Shown: positions 30,352 through 41,370, counted from the first letter of the stretch. The stretch: 64,000 nucleotides of DNA from Candidatus Moraniibacteriota bacterium (GCA_028688415.1 JAQTYF010000001.1:464627-528626), one strand, 5' to 3'. Numbers and translations: made by a program. The notes: generated by a model not told the origin, from the letters alone.

Positions 30352-30867
30352 TTAAAGGGTTATTTTGAAAGTAAACTGCACAATCCCTTCTTTTCTCTCT
30401 AGTGATTCAACGGCAACATCCCGGGCCAGCCCATTTGTTTTGAAACTCGCAATTTGTTGGGCTATGTATTTGAAATCATCTGTCTCACCTTCTATCGAAA
30501 CAGACCCTGTCTCCTTGTTGAATTCATATTTTGTCAAACGGATATTTGAAATAACAGAAGATTCGAGCTGATTCAATATCTCATCCGTATTTACAGCAGT
30601 TTTTATTTGATCTCGAGCAAAAGTCACACGAGCATCCAGTGCAGCGATCCGATCCACTTTCGCTCCTTTAATATCCTGAGAGTTTGTCGCAAGGAGAGTT
30701 TGTTTTTCAGAAAACGTTTTATCCAATGATTTGATATAGAATTGCATCCCACCCCATACTGCCAAAAGGAGAAAGAATACAAAAATAATAAGAGACGAGC
30801 TATTGAAAAACCGTGACGTTTCCCTGCTCCGCTCTGGCACTGATGATGAGAGATTGATCCCTTCCAT
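30352..30867 (-). CDS. PilN-like protein
   Basis: TM plus coiled coil, downstream of pilM. Confidence 0.7.
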   Translation of the reverse strand: MEGINLSSSVPERSRETSRFFNSSSLIIFVFFLLLAVWGGMQFYIKSLDKTFSEKQTLLATNSQDIKGAKVDRIAALDARVTFARDQIKTAVNTDEILNQLESSVISNIRLTKYEFNKETGSVSIEGETDDFKYIAQQIASFKTNGLARDVAVESLERKEGIVQFTFKITL

Positions 30868-30928
30868 TTTTTTATGTTTTATTATTTTGATTTAGATATG
30901 AAAAAAAATGAGAACAATTCTTTTTACT

Positions 30929-32053
30929 TCATAATTTTTTTGTAAATATATCTTTGAAAGAAAATTTCTTTTTTGTCATGAGAGGATTTTCGGTATTTTC
31001 TTTCTCTGCTGAGAGAGCGTCAACTCCTGCAAGAGCAAGTCCGACTGCTACAGAGAAGGATGTGCCGAGCTCTTGAATCTGAGTTTCGAGTGCTGAATCA
31101 TATTGGATACGTTGCCAAGGATTACCCATCACCACAGGCAGATGCAGTAGTTCAGTATAATAGTCGACAATACCAGCAAAATGCGCTGTCCCACCCGAAA
31201 GAAATACTTTCTCACATTTTGTTTCGGGGTGTTTCACTTGATATGACTCGAGCATCCGCAGAGCTTCGTTCCCGATGGATTGCAACGAAAGAAAAGAGAG
31301 GCTCGTTCCTTGGGAAGTAAAGAAATTTTTTCCACTCTTTTTCAATGATTCGGCTCGTTCATTCGTCACGCCGAGACTCTCCTGTATGACATGAGTCACG
31401 TCTCTCCCGCCAGTATCGAGATTGCGACTGATTTTCACTATGCCATTGTCCACCAAGATGAGATTGGTCGCGCGAGAACCGATATCGATAATAAGAAACA
31501 CGCCCTTTTCATTCCCGACAATTGATCGTGTCAGAGAAAATGTTTCGAGTTCGAGTGTGTCTATTTTCAGGCCAGTTTCTATCGCATATCGCTCATAACG
31601 TGCAATTTCTTTGTTGAGAGCTGATACGAGCAGAACTTCCATTTGTTTTCCTTTGTCAGGAGTATCCACGACACCGATCACTTTCCAGCTCAGAGCGATT
31701 TCATCCAAAGATGAAGGGATGTATTTTCGTGCTTCAAAGCGTACGGCTTCTTTGAGCTCTGACTCTTCCATAAGAGGAAGCTCAACAAAAAATATCAGTC
31801 CTGAAAAAGCAGGCATCGCCATGTATGCCGACACACTTTCTGGTTTCATATTCTGCTGTAACGTCTTCAGATAGTCGATGGTCTGTTGTTCATACGAGAC
31901 AGCCGGATCGTCACCGACAGATTGATTGACATAGACCTGTCCGTAATTGACGAGTACAGGTTGATTATTTTTGAGAGAAAGTTCCACAGCTTTTATCGAA
32001 CCCGTTCCGAAATCAATACCGAGGAAATGAGGTGTTCCAAAACCAAATGCCAT
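30929..32053 (-). CDS. pilM: Type IV pilus assembly protein PilM
   Basis: LGIDFGTGSIKAVEL, EARKYIP, IDIGSRAT, LSGGTA. Confidence 0.93.
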   Translation of the reverse strand: MAFGFGTPHFLGIDFGTGSIKAVELSLKNNQPVLVNYGQVYVNQSVGDDPAVSYEQQTIDYLKTLQQNMKPESVSAYMAMPAFSGLIFFVELPLMEESELKEAVRFEARKYIPSSLDEIALSWKVIGVVDTPDKGKQMEVLLVSALNKEIARYERYAIETGLKIDTLELETFSLTRSIVGNEKGVFLIIDIGSRATNLILVDNGIVKISRNLDTGGRDVTHVIQESLGVTNERAESLKKSGKNFFTSQGTSLSFLSLQSIGNEALRMLESYQVKHPETKCEKVFLSGGTAHFAGIVDYYTELLHLPVVMGNPWQRIQYDSALETQIQELGTSFSVAVGLALAGVDALSAEKENTENPLMTKKKFSFKDIFTKKL

Positions 32054-32300
32054 ATATGTGTATTTATATTTTCTTTCTACAAAAATACTATAGCACATTT
32101 TGAGAAAGAACCAAAATATTTCTCCATCCTTCTCATCATGTCATTCTCTCTCCATTTTCCATACAAAAAATGCTTTCTCTTCTCTTGTGAAAGAGCACAA
32201 GAAAACAAGAAGACTGACATTGACATATCGCTTGAGAAAAAATAGAATAGATGTACTCTATTTATCTCATAGAGAGTATGTATGATTTCCATAAAAATGT

Positions 32301-34781
32301 ATGTTTGAAACGAATTTCAGCCAAAAATTGACACTCCACGCGAAACACAGTCTGAAAGAGGCTCGTGATATTGCTCGTTTCACCCGACACAACACGATAG
32401 AACCAGAACACCTCCTCATTGCTCTCTTTCTCGAACAGACGAGTCTCGGGAGCATACTTCTCGAAAATATGGGTTTCGAGAAAGAATCTCTTGCCAAACT
32501 CTGTTTCAAGAAAAAAACAGGCGGAAAAATACTTCCTGAATCAACCGTCATACCACTCTCTTCATCGGTCAAAGATATTCTTCGTCGTTCCTATGCTCTC
32601 GCCAATCAATTCCATTATCCCTATGTTGGTACGGAACACCTCGCTTTTGCCCTTTTTGAATCAGAAGAAAAAAATGCACTCGAAAAAATACTCGTGACAC
32701 TTCACATCAGTCGAGCCAAGATACAATCTACATTCAAAGCGCACCTCAATTTCGATCATTTTCCTCAACTCGCCAAAATGCTCGATCTTCCTGACAATCT
32801 CCTGACCAAACAAACCACTTCCAGAGGCCTCACTCCATTTCTCGATCAGTACGCTGTCGATATGGCCAAAGGGTCAGTCTATGCGAGCGATATCCTCATC
32901 GGACGAGAGAATGAGACTGACCGCATCATACAAATACTCACTCGGAAACAGAAGAACAACCCCCTCCTTATCGGTGAGCCAGGTGTCGGAAAGACAGCTC
33001 TCGTAGCCGCTCTCGCCAAGATGATCTCGTCTGGTGGTGCTCCTCATTCACTTCATGGCAAACGTATTCTCCTCCTCGACCTCACACTCGTCGTGGCAGG
33101 GACCAATTTCCGTGGCGAATTCGAATCGCGTCTCAAAGAAATCCTGCGTGAAGCAATGCAAAACAAAAACATCATTCTTTTCATCGATGAGATACATACG
33201 ATTGTCGGAGCGGGCAATACGAGCGGTGGCCTCGATGCAGCGAACATACTCAAACCTGCTCTCTCTCGTGGCGAAATCCAAGTGATAGGAGCGACCACTT
33301 TTGCTGAATACAAGCGTCATATCGAAAAAGATCCTGCGCTCGATCGTCGTTTTCAGTCTGTCATCGTCGCAGAACCAACCGTCGAAGAAACCAAAGAAAT
33401 TCTCTGGAATATCAAAAAAAGTTACGAGGACTTTCATCACATCGCTCTCTCAAAGGATGTGATCGATACCGCTGTCGATATGAGTGTTCGGTTCATCCCT
33501 GATCGTTTCTTGCCAGACAAAGCGCTCGATATCATCGATGAGGCATCTGCTCTCGCCAAGCAAAAACGTGAAGCTTCCGAAACTATCAAACTCTTGATGG
33601 AACTCGAGGAAGAACTCATCACCACAAAAGAACTCAAGGAATCACTCATCCAAGGTGAGAAATACGATGATGCTGGTAAGTGGCTCGCTCGAGAAAAAAC
33701 TCTTCAGAAAAAAATCGCTGGACTCCAAGTAGCACACAAACACCATCCAGAAAGTGAGCGTGTCGTAGTCACTCTCGAGCACATTCTCAAAACCGTCTCA
33801 CATATGGCACATATTCCTTTTGCGAAACTTGCCAAAGAAAATCCGCGCCAGAAACTCACTCATATACAGAAGGCTCTCGGACAATACCTCGTCGGTCAGG
33901 CAGAAGTGAGTCAGGCGCTCGAACAAACACTGACTCGATCACTTTCGAATATCGGTGACCCTGATCGTCCTCTTGGATCATTCCTCTTCCTTGGTCCTAC
34001 AGGAGTCGGCAAGACACTCACTGCCAAAATTCTCGCTCGGGAATTCTTCGGTGATGAAAACAATCTCATCCGTCTCGATATGAGCGAGTTTATGGAACGT
34101 CACAGTGTCGCACAGATTCTCGGTGCTCCCGCAGGATATATCGGGTATGGTGAAGGCGGAAAATTGACCGAACAAGTCCGTCGTAAACCCTATTCTGTCA
34201 TATTATTCGATGAAATCGAAAAAGCACATCCCGATATCTTCAATATTCTCCTTCAGATCTTAGACGAAGGGGTACTTACCGATGCCGAAGGACGCAAGGT
34301 GAGCTTCCGTAACACGCTTATTGTACTCACATCCAATATTGGTACGAGCTCTTTCACGCAGACCGCTCGTATCGGTTTTGCCAAGAATATCAATACTTCA
34401 GATCTCCACGAACAATTCGATTCAATCAAACGCGAGGTACTGAACACTCTCAAGAAAGAACTTCGTCCAGAACTCCTCGCTCGTCTCGACCACACGCTTG
34501 TGTTTAATGCCCTGAGTGAAAAAGCAGTCGAACAGGTTGTCGCTCTCGAACTCTCCTCACTTGTCAGACGACTCGAAAAACAAGGTATCACACTCACCTA
34601 TCCTCGATCGCTCGAACAGTATATTGCCAAGAAAAGCTTTGCGCCAGAACAAGGTGCTCGTCTCGTCAAGAAAAATATACAGGATATAGTAGAAAGAAGT
34701 ATTGCGACGAGACTCCTCGATATGCCTAACAAAAAAACACTTCGTCTTTCGTTGAAAAAAGATTCTGTTTTGTGCATCTAA
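32301..34781 (+). CDS. clpC: ClpC/ClpB-family AAA+ ATPase
   Basis: Clp N repeats, GEPGVGKT, FIDEIH, GPTGVGKT, FDEIEKAH. Confidence 0.93.
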   Translation: MFETNFSQKLTLHAKHSLKEARDIARFTRHNTIEPEHLLIALFLEQTSLGSILLENMGFEKESLAKLCFKKKTGGKILPESTVIPLSSSVKDILRRSYALANQFHYPYVGTEHLAFALFESEEKNALEKILVTLHISRAKIQSTFKAHLNFDHFPQLAKMLDLPDNLLTKQTTSRGLTPFLDQYAVDMAKGSVYASDILIGRENETDRIIQILTRKQKNNPLLIGEPGVGKTALVAALAKMISSGGAPHSLHGKRILLLDLTLVVAGTNFRGEFESRLKEILREAMQNKNIILFIDEIHTIVGAGNTSGGLDAANILKPALSRGEIQVIGATTFAEYKRHIEKDPALDRRFQSVIVAEPTVEETKEILWNIKKSYEDFHHIALSKDVIDTAVDMSVRFIPDRFLPDKALDIIDEASALAKQKREASETIKLLMELEEELITTKELKESLIQGEKYDDAGKWLAREKTLQKKIAGLQVAHKHHPESERVVVTLEHILKTVSHMAHIPFAKLAKENPRQKLTHIQKALGQYLVGQAEVSQALEQTLTRSLSNIGDPDRPLGSFLFLGPTGVGKTLTAKILAREFFGDENNLIRLDMSEFMERHSVAQILGAPAGYIGYGEGGKLTEQVRRKPYSVILFDEIEKAHPDIFNILLQILDEGVLTDAEGRKVSFRNTLIVLTSNIGTSSFTQTARIGFAKNINTSDLHEQFDSIKREVLNTLKKELRPELLARLDHTLVFNALSEKAVEQVVALELSSLVRRLEKQGITLTYPRSLEQYIAKKSFAPEQGARLVKKNIQDIVERSIATRLLDMPNKKTLRLSLKKDSVLCI

Positions 34782-35521
34782 CTATTGCTTCATTTTTTCG
34801 TTCTCCTGCCTTCAGGACATTCTGGGACTCGTGTCTCGATACATTCTTCCCTGTTTTTTGTCTGGGCTGTGGCGCATACGGGACTGCTCTCTGCGATCAC
34901 TGTCTCCAGATATTTCCCCGTCGACTAGAACAACGATGTCCGACATGTGTACGAAATACGACACCACGAGGAGAGGTCTGCTTCGACTGTGTCGGAAAAA
35001 GCGCTCTCGACGGACTCTTCGCTGGATCGATCTACCGATTTCCTCTTGTATCTCACACGCTTCATACGTTCAAATACCGATTTATTGCGCCTCTCGCCTC
35101 CTCGCTCGGTACCTGGCTCGCAGAGAGGGTACAAGAGACCAATCTTCCCCTCCCTGATGCCATCATCCCTGTCCCACTCCATCCCAGACGACTGCGATTT
35201 CGTGGGTTCAATCAGTCCCTCCTCATCGCAGAAGTACTCGCGGATACACTCACTCCGGGTCTCGATACTCTGGTACTCGCAAACGTATTGCTCCGCACCC
35301 GATATACCAAACCACAGATGAAGACGCAAAGTAAAGAAGAGCGTCAGGGTAATCTCACGGGAGCATTCACGATCGCCCCAGAATATACATCACTCATACA
35401 AGACAAATCCATCTGGCTCATCGATGATGTCTCGACAACAGGTACAACTCTCGAAGAATGTGCTCTCGTCCTCAAAAAATCTGGTGCCAAGAGTGTTTTC
35501 GGTATTGTTCTCGCACGCTAA
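34772..35521 (+). CDS. comF: Competence protein ComF (Zn ribbon + PRTase)
   Basis: CxxC repeats, PVPLH..R..RGFNQ, LIDDVSTTGTT. Confidence 0.93.
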   Translation: MHLTIASFFRSPAFRTFWDSCLDTFFPVFCLGCGAYGTALCDHCLQIFPRRLEQRCPTCVRNTTPRGEVCFDCVGKSALDGLFAGSIYRFPLVSHTLHTFKYRFIAPLASSLGTWLAERVQETNLPLPDAIIPVPLHPRRLRFRGFNQSLLIAEVLADTLTPGLDTLVLANVLLRTRYTKPQMKTQSKEERQGNLTGAFTIAPEYTSLIQDKSIWLIDDVSTTGTTLEECALVLKKSGAKSVFGIVLAR

Positions 35522-35524
35522 AAC

Positions 35525-35558
35525 AAAAAAGTTACGTAATGAATTACGTAACTTTTTT
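35525..35558. terminator. Bidirectional terminator between comF and the SurA-like gene
   Basis: aaaaaagttacgtaat-ga-attacgtaactttttt. Confidence 0.8.
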
Positions 35559-35580
35559 TATGAGAGATTGAAAAGGAGAA

Positions 35581-36333
35581 CTAGTATTCGACGAAGTACT
35601 GAATTTTCGCTTTTTCTTTGAGATCATTCACCCATTTCTCTGCCTCTGTATTGAATTTTTGTCCTTTCAGTTGTTCGCGCACTTGATTCTTCATATCTTC
35701 TGAATTTGTTCCTTTCGGCAGAAGCGTCTTATTTTCTTCGAGATATGTGTTGATTTCTTCATCACTTACCGCCACTTTGTCCGCCAACACCTGCTCCAAT
35801 TGTTTACTGATGATGATCTGATCACGGAGCTCTGTCACTGTCATTCCTTGTGAAGCAAGTGCTTCTTCGAGTGTTCCTCCTTGTGTAGATACCTGATCTT
35901 CTATTTTCTTCATTTCTGCATCGATATCCGCATCACTCACCACGATTCCTGCTTTCTTGATTTCTCCATCAATAAGTTTCTTGGTGATCATCGTTTCCAC
36001 AATACTCTTTCCTGCCTTGCTTTCGAGTTCCTTCACGACACTGAGACGGCTGATCGGACTTCCATTGACTGTTGCTACGACAAATACTCCTCGATACATA
36101 TAGAAAGCAAGAGAAAACACAGCAAAGATAGCAATCACTACAACGAAACTCTTCGTCGTACGGCTCGTCCCTGCGACAAAGTCTTTCCATTCCTGCATTT
36201 TCATCACCAAAGTTTTTTTCGATTCCGAAGATTTTGTATCAAAACTTTCTTCCTCGATTCTTTCTGTTTTTGGTGTTTCTACCACTTCTGTTTCTGGTTT
36301 CTTTACTTCTTCTTTGATTGTTTCATTTTCCAT
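35581..36333 (-). CDS. SurA/PrsA N-terminal-domain foldase
   Basis: TM anchor, VATVNGSPI, LKEKAKIQY. Confidence 0.85.
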   Translation of the reverse strand: MENETIKEEVKKPETEVVETPKTERIEEESFDTKSSESKKTLVMKMQEWKDFVAGTSRTTKSFVVVIAIFAVFSLAFYMYRGVFVVATVNGSPISRLSVVKELESKAGKSIVETMITKKLIDGEIKKAGIVVSDADIDAEMKKIEDQVSTQGGTLEEALASQGMTVTELRDQIIISKQLEQVLADKVAVSDEEINTYLEENKTLLPKGTNSEDMKNQVREQLKGQKFNTEAEKWVNDLKEKAKIQYFVEY

Positions 36334-36474
36334 AACCGTATCTGCTAAAAAAATTAATCTGATTTACTTAAAAAAAGAAAAGATAGCGTTTCTTCTTTGA
36401 TGTATTTTAGCATAAAATGAAAAAGGTGTCATTCAATAAAAATCAAGTCGCAAACGGTCTATGCTCAGCATTAT

Positions 36475-38346
36475 CTAACGAATATTGTCCAATAGTTGAT
36501 TAAAGTCTGTGCCAATCCATCGCTTTACCTCCTTCCCCTCGCTACCAAGAAGAATCAGTGTTGTTTGAAGGGTTACCTTATGCTTTATTTTCATTTCACG
36601 ATCCTTATCAAAATCAACCTTCACAACAATTACATCCTGAGGCAATTCATTCAAACGCTCACGGATTTCCTGGTCAAGAACGACACAATTCGAACACCAC
36701 GTCGTAGCAGCGAAGAAAAGCACTACTCTACCTGATTGCTTCGCAAAGACATACGACTCTGGTGAATAGTCCACATACTGCAGATGATTTGCGAAAACCT
36801 GATTCTTCAAATCTGGGCGCACAGCAGAGAGAGTGACGTCATCTTGTTCGATAGAAGCGGTATATAACACAAACACAAACCCGAAGACGATCACTCCAAG
36901 AGCTAATAATCGGGAAGTACGAGTTTGTTTCATATGAAAGAGAAATGCGAGAAGTTTCTTCGATTGATCAGTGAGTTTTCTGCTCATAAATTGGAGTGCG
37001 ATCGATCGGTTGATGCGTGTTGCAGTCGGATACGGATACACCTTATTCAAAAACTTCTTCAAACTTAGCTTATTCGCTTGAGCGAACATGAGCTCTTGCG
37101 TGAGTTCTCCTGCATTATGCGCTACCATCGTACCGCCCAGCACAATTCCTTTTCTAGAAACAAAAAGTTTCATCTTCCCCTGTACATATTCATCTACAAT
37201 CGCACGATCATCACTTAAGAAATCACTTTTCAAAACATCATAATCCACCGATCGTTCTCTTAAAGTCTTCTCATCGAGTCCAAAAGTGGCAATTTCCGGA
37301 CTCGTATACGTCACCCAGGCCATCGCATCGGCATTGAGTTTCTTCGGTATTGGAGAAAAAAAGTTTTTGATAATGAGCGACGCATGAAGCTCTGCTGCAT
37401 GGGTAAACATATGCCCTCCCGCCACATCACCACATACAAGAACACCTTTATTCGTCGTTCGTAAATATGAATCAACAATAAGTCCGCCTCGATCATTGAC
37501 TTCTATGCCAGCTGATTCGAGGTTCAGCCCATCGAGATTCAATTCTCGTCCGATAGAAACAAGCAGTGCATCTGCGAGGATTTCACGCGTTTCACCTACT
37601 TCATTACTCACCACGAGTACCTTGCCATCTTTCACTGCTTTTGGTCTATAGCCGAGCAAGAAATCCACTCCGTCTTTTTCAAGTCGTTCTCTCAGCACCG
37701 AAACCATCTCAGGATCTTCTTTATCGAGCAGACCTGATCCGACAACCGTTACTTTGGTTCCTAAAAGAGCGAGTGATTGTCCGAGTTCAATACCGATTGG
37801 ACCAGCGCCAATTACAACGAGTCTCTCTGGTAAAGTATTCAGTGAAAAAATAGTTTCATTCGTGAATACTTTCATCAATTCTATTCCAGGAATACTTAAT
37901 TGACGCGGACGAGATCCTGTCGCAAGGATAATTTTTTTACCACAATACTGTTTACCTGCAACTTCGATTGTTTCGCTGTCAACAAACTGCGCCTTCCCCA
38001 ATACAACAGTCATACCAAGCTTGCGAAAATGATCCGCGTTTTCATGTGTACGGATAGTTTCTTGTTTCTTAGAGACATACTCCATCACTTTCTTCACATC
38101 AATAGCTCCAGATATTGTGAGTCCAAACTTCTTAGCCTCTCTGCCATCATGTACCAATCGTGCAACATGTATCAGCGCTTTGGATGGCACACAACCGAAG
38201 TTCAAACAATCTCCTCCAATAGATCGGTCTTCTTTATCGACGAGCAGTACAGAGAATCCAACGCGATTCATAAATCCAGCGATATTGAGTCCACCTGAGC
38301 CAGCACCAATAACAATTACATCAAATGTATTAGAATTTTTTTTCAT
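36475..38346 (-). CDS. Flavin disulfide reductase (Lpd/MerA-like) fused to a TM helix and a thioredoxin domain
   Basis: GAGSGG, GGDCLNFGCVPSK, GAGPIG, YPYPT; then hydrophobic segment and FFAATTWCSNC. Confidence 0.88.
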   Translation of the reverse strand: MKKNSNTFDVIVIGAGSGGLNIAGFMNRVGFSVLLVDKEDRSIGGDCLNFGCVPSKALIHVARLVHDGREAKKFGLTISGAIDVKKVMEYVSKKQETIRTHENADHFRKLGMTVVLGKAQFVDSETIEVAGKQYCGKKIILATGSRPRQLSIPGIELMKVFTNETIFSLNTLPERLVVIGAGPIGIELGQSLALLGTKVTVVGSGLLDKEDPEMVSVLRERLEKDGVDFLLGYRPKAVKDGKVLVVSNEVGETREILADALLVSIGRELNLDGLNLESAGIEVNDRGGLIVDSYLRTTNKGVLVCGDVAGGHMFTHAAELHASLIIKNFFSPIPKKLNADAMAWVTYTSPEIATFGLDEKTLRERSVDYDVLKSDFLSDDRAIVDEYVQGKMKLFVSRKGIVLGGTMVAHNAGELTQELMFAQANKLSLKKFLNKVYPYPTATRINRSIALQFMSRKLTDQSKKLLAFLFHMKQTRTSRLLALGVIVFGFVFVLYTASIEQDDVTLSAVRPDLKNQVFANHLQYVDYSPESYVFAKQSGRVVLFFAATTWCSNCVVLDQEIRERLNELPQDVIVVKVDFDKDREMKIKHKVTLQTTLILLGSEGKEVKRWIGTDFNQLLDNIR

Positions 38347-38956
38347 AAAATTTTCCTACGTAGGTTAATAAAACAATACCAATAAGAGCAAACAATACAT
38401 TTACTGGACTCAACATTCGAAGAGACTCTCCGAAATACACAAACAAAAATGTTCCCGGAATCATTCCAAAGAATGATCCTACGATGTACTGTTTCAAAGA
38501 AACGCTCGTCAAACCAAAAAGAAAATTTAAAACATTAAAAGGAAAGAGGGGTATGAGCCGAAGAGCAATAACCGTTGCAAGTGGCTTTCTTTCTAATCTT
38601 TCTTCATAGATTTTGAGAGTCGGATATTTGGCGAGAAGCATATTCTGCACATATTCTCTCAGAGTATATCGTGCCAAAAGAAAAGCGAGTGTCGCTCCCA
38701 AAGTATTGCCTACGAGCGCCGTGATGGTTCCGAGTAAATTGCCGAGCAATGAACCAGACAGAAGCGTGAGTGGCGTTCCAGGAAAACCAATGACAGCAAA
38801 CAGACCTTTTAATACAATAAGCGTACCAATTGTCATCATAATATTTCCAACACTCTGAGCTTCCAAATTTTTTACAAAAGACAACACTTCTATCCGATAC
38901 AGAAATGTCAGTAGTGAAAGCATGGCGACTACTATAATCAGTATAATCTTTTTCAT
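38330..38956 (-). CDS. DedA/TVP38 (VTT domain) membrane protein
   Basis: GATLAFLLARY, LRLIPLFPF, GMIPGT. Confidence 0.9.
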   Translation of the reverse strand: MKKIILIIVVAMLSLLTFLYRIEVLSFVKNLEAQSVGNIMMTIGTLIVLKGLFAVIGFPGTPLTLLSGSLLGNLLGTITALVGNTLGATLAFLLARYTLREYVQNMLLAKYPTLKIYEERLERKPLATVIALRLIPLFPFNVLNFLFGLTSVSLKQYIVGSFFGMIPGTFLFVYFGESLRMLSPVNVLFALIGIVLLTYVGKFYEKKF

Positions 38957-39600
38957 ATTTTCTTTTGAATAATTGATTGTCGTATCATATACACTACCAT
39001 CAGAAATGCGCCTATCTCGACGAGAACAATCATCTGAGAACCAATCGGAAGTGTACCTGCATAAGAAAAAAGAATCGCAAACGGAGTCACTCCTATCAAT
39101 GTAGAAAGAAAAAAGAGACGATGAGACAAGGATGAGAATAATCCGATACCATAAGAGAGCACATCAACAGGAACGATCATTCGAAGGAACACAATAGTCC
39201 AAAAAATATTTTTCTGAGAAAGTTGTTTCTCAAAATTTGTAATTTTCTCCAATGAAATAAACTTTTTCACAAACAAACGCCCATATCTTCGGGAGAGAAA
39301 AAAAGCAATTTGCGAACCCATAGTCCACCCGATGACAGAGAGTACGCTGGTTATTTGAAAGCCCCATACACTTACAGCAATCGGTATGAGAGGAAGCGTA
39401 GAGACTGGGGCGAACACGATAGCGAGTCCTGTAATGAAAACGTAGCTGACCATACCAAAAACTCCCTGATACTTTACAATATTTTGAATATCATTTTGAT
39501 ATGTCTGTGCAAATATGGTGGCTATAACGAAAAAAATCACAACAACAAGAAAACCAATTGTTGCACCGATTATTTTTTTATTGAAGAACTTCTCTAACAT
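38953..39600 (-). CDS. DedA/TVP38 (VTT domain) membrane protein
   Basis: IAFFLSRRYG, LRMIVPVDVLSY, IGVTPF. Confidence 0.88.
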   Translation of the reverse strand: MLEKFFNKKIIGATIGFLVVVIFFVIATIFAQTYQNDIQNIVKYQGVFGMVSYVFITGLAIVFAPVSTLPLIPIAVSVWGFQITSVLSVIGWTMGSQIAFFLSRRYGRLFVKKFISLEKITNFEKQLSQKNIFWTIVFLRMIVPVDVLSYGIGLFSSLSHRLFFLSTLIGVTPFAILFSYAGTLPIGSQMIVLVEIGAFLMVVYMIRQSIIQKKI

Positions 39601-39650
39601 ATCCCTTCCCTATTATTTCCTATATTGTACCCTATCGACATTTCAACATT

Positions 39651-40367
39651 TCAACGGAGAAATTTAGTTTCGATTTGACTCACATCAAAATAACCCTGTT
39701 CGATAAGGAACGATTCCGCTTCTTTGTCCCATCCGAATATGATAGCCAATCCAACAAAAATAAGGATTCCTCCTAATATCTTCTTGAATTTTCCTTGCGG
39801 ATCAGAAGCCCATTTCATCTTACCAATCGCCCTCTGACCGAAAAACGCAACAAGTAGCAGTACCACCGAAAGACCAACTGCATACGCTATGAGATTAGCA
39901 ATCCCAACAGCAAAACTCTGTGGCAATACTATAGCAACTATCAGTGCGTATGTCGGACTACAGCTCGAAAAAACTGGACCGAGCGCCATACCAACCAATA
40001 CCCCGCCCCACCTCCCGCTGTGCTGATGCGAATCATGCAGAAGGTTTTGTGATCGATTACCAAAACCAAAAGCAGTCTCGATCTTCCCCCACAACTGAGG
40101 GAAGAACGTAACAAAACCAAAAACAAGAACAATGCCACCAGAAATTCCTTTCCAGACTTCCGGAGGCACAGCAATCAGAGCAGTACTCGACTTCAAAAGT
40201 AATGTAAAAAGAACAATCGATAGTGCGAGTGATCCTGTAACAATAAACGGTCTCAGACGATCACGATCTACCACTGATCCGCCGATAATCACAGGAAGTA
40301 CAGGGAGTACGCACGGTGCTAAAATTGTGAGTACTCCTGCTAGAAATGAGAAAAAAAGAATTTCCAT
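39651..40367 (-). CDS. ccdA: CcdA/DsbD transmembrane electron transporter
   Basis: LAPCVLPVLP and GPVFSSCSP cysteines, six TMs. Confidence 0.88.
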   Translation of the reverse strand: MEILFFSFLAGVLTILAPCVLPVLPVIIGGSVVDRDRLRPFIVTGSLALSIVLFTLLLKSSTALIAVPPEVWKGISGGIVLVFGFVTFFPQLWGKIETAFGFGNRSQNLLHDSHQHSGRWGGVLVGMALGPVFSSCSPTYALIVAIVLPQSFAVGIANLIAYAVGLSVVLLLVAFFGQRAIGKMKWASDPQGKFKKILGGILIFVGLAIIFGWDKEAESFLIEQGYFDVSQIETKFLR

Positions 40368-40368
40368 A

Positions 40369-40902
40369 TTATTCTATTTCACGTACAAGATCATTCAGTG
40401 TCACCGAGCCACCCCACTTCGCAATTTCTTTCCCGTCCGCATCGACTTGCACAATCGTGTGTTGCATCACAACGCCATATTTCTTTTTTAAATCAGTATA
40501 TTTGTCATAATCAACATCCAAGATAGTCACATTTGCCGGAATCTCATTTAGATGCGCACGAATATCAGCATCGAGAGCTTTACACGAAGGACACCAAGAT
40601 GCTCTGAAGAAGAGTGCTACTTTCCCGTCATTAGCCTTGACCAATTTGACTGGATCATACACTTCATATGAACCAACGCCTTGGTTCACTGTCTCTACTA
40701 CTGCTTCCGACTCTTCAGTTTCGATCACGACGCTTTGCTGATTTTCTTGTTTTACAACGTTTTTAATAGGAGTATTTTTTCTCGCAAGAAATATGTACCC
40801 ACCAGCTACTATCAGTACGAGTACTATTCCTACGAACATTTTATCATGTACACACATTCCTACTTTTTCTTGACACCCACTCATTGGACAAACTTTAGAC
40901 AT
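40369..40902 (-). CDS. Membrane-anchored thioredoxin
   Basis: TM followed by FFRASWCPSC; Cys-rich N-tail. Confidence 0.9.
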   Translation of the reverse strand: MSKVCPMSGCQEKVGMCVHDKMFVGIVLVLIVAGGYIFLARKNTPIKNVVKQENQQSVVIETEESEAVVETVNQGVGSYEVYDPVKLVKANDGKVALFFRASWCPSCKALDADIRAHLNEIPANVTILDVDYDKYTDLKKKYGVVMQHTIVQVDADGKEIAKWGGSVTLNDLVREIE

Positions 40903-40937
40903 ACTCTTTTATTTTAAAAAATTATTTATATTTTCAA

Positions 40938-41258
40938 TTATTTTTTATCAACTTTCAACAACTGCACCATTCGCTGTACCTCTTTTTCATCCTTGATTTC
41001 ATAACACACCATCTGCCCTGTCTTGACTCGATAGACAAGTCCAACTCGCTCAAGGATTTTGAGCTGTTGAGAAACTGCAGAAACAGTGATATCAAATATG
41101 GCTGCAACTTCAGTGACACAGAGTTCTTTATAATCCATCAGAAGACGGAAAATACGAAACCTGCCTGGATCGCCCAAAGCCTCGAAGATGAGCTGGGTAC
41201 GATTATCGTTTTTCGCCATTTCTTGCTTTACTCTCATCAATTCCTCTTTGGTTAACAT
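40938..41258 (-). CDS. ArsR/SmtB-family regulator
   Basis: ALGDPGRFRI, ELCVTEV, SAVSQQLKIL. Confidence 0.92.
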   Translation of the reverse strand: MLTKEELMRVKQEMAKNDNRTQLIFEALGDPGRFRIFRLLMDYKELCVTEVAAIFDITVSAVSQQLKILERVGLVYRVKTGQMVCYEIKDEKEVQRMVQLLKVDKK

Positions 41259-41370
41259 AACATTATATTAAGTATTTACTTAACTACTAAATATAATAAC
41301 AAAAAGGAAAAGAGCTGTCAAAAAAAATTTATTTGCTGAGGAAAGCGATCGAAAATTGAAAAGCAGTCAC

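Noticed and set aside
36475-38346. Mercuric reductase MerA
   Set aside because: It has no C-terminal Cys-Cys pair, no NmerA domain and no mer operon genes.
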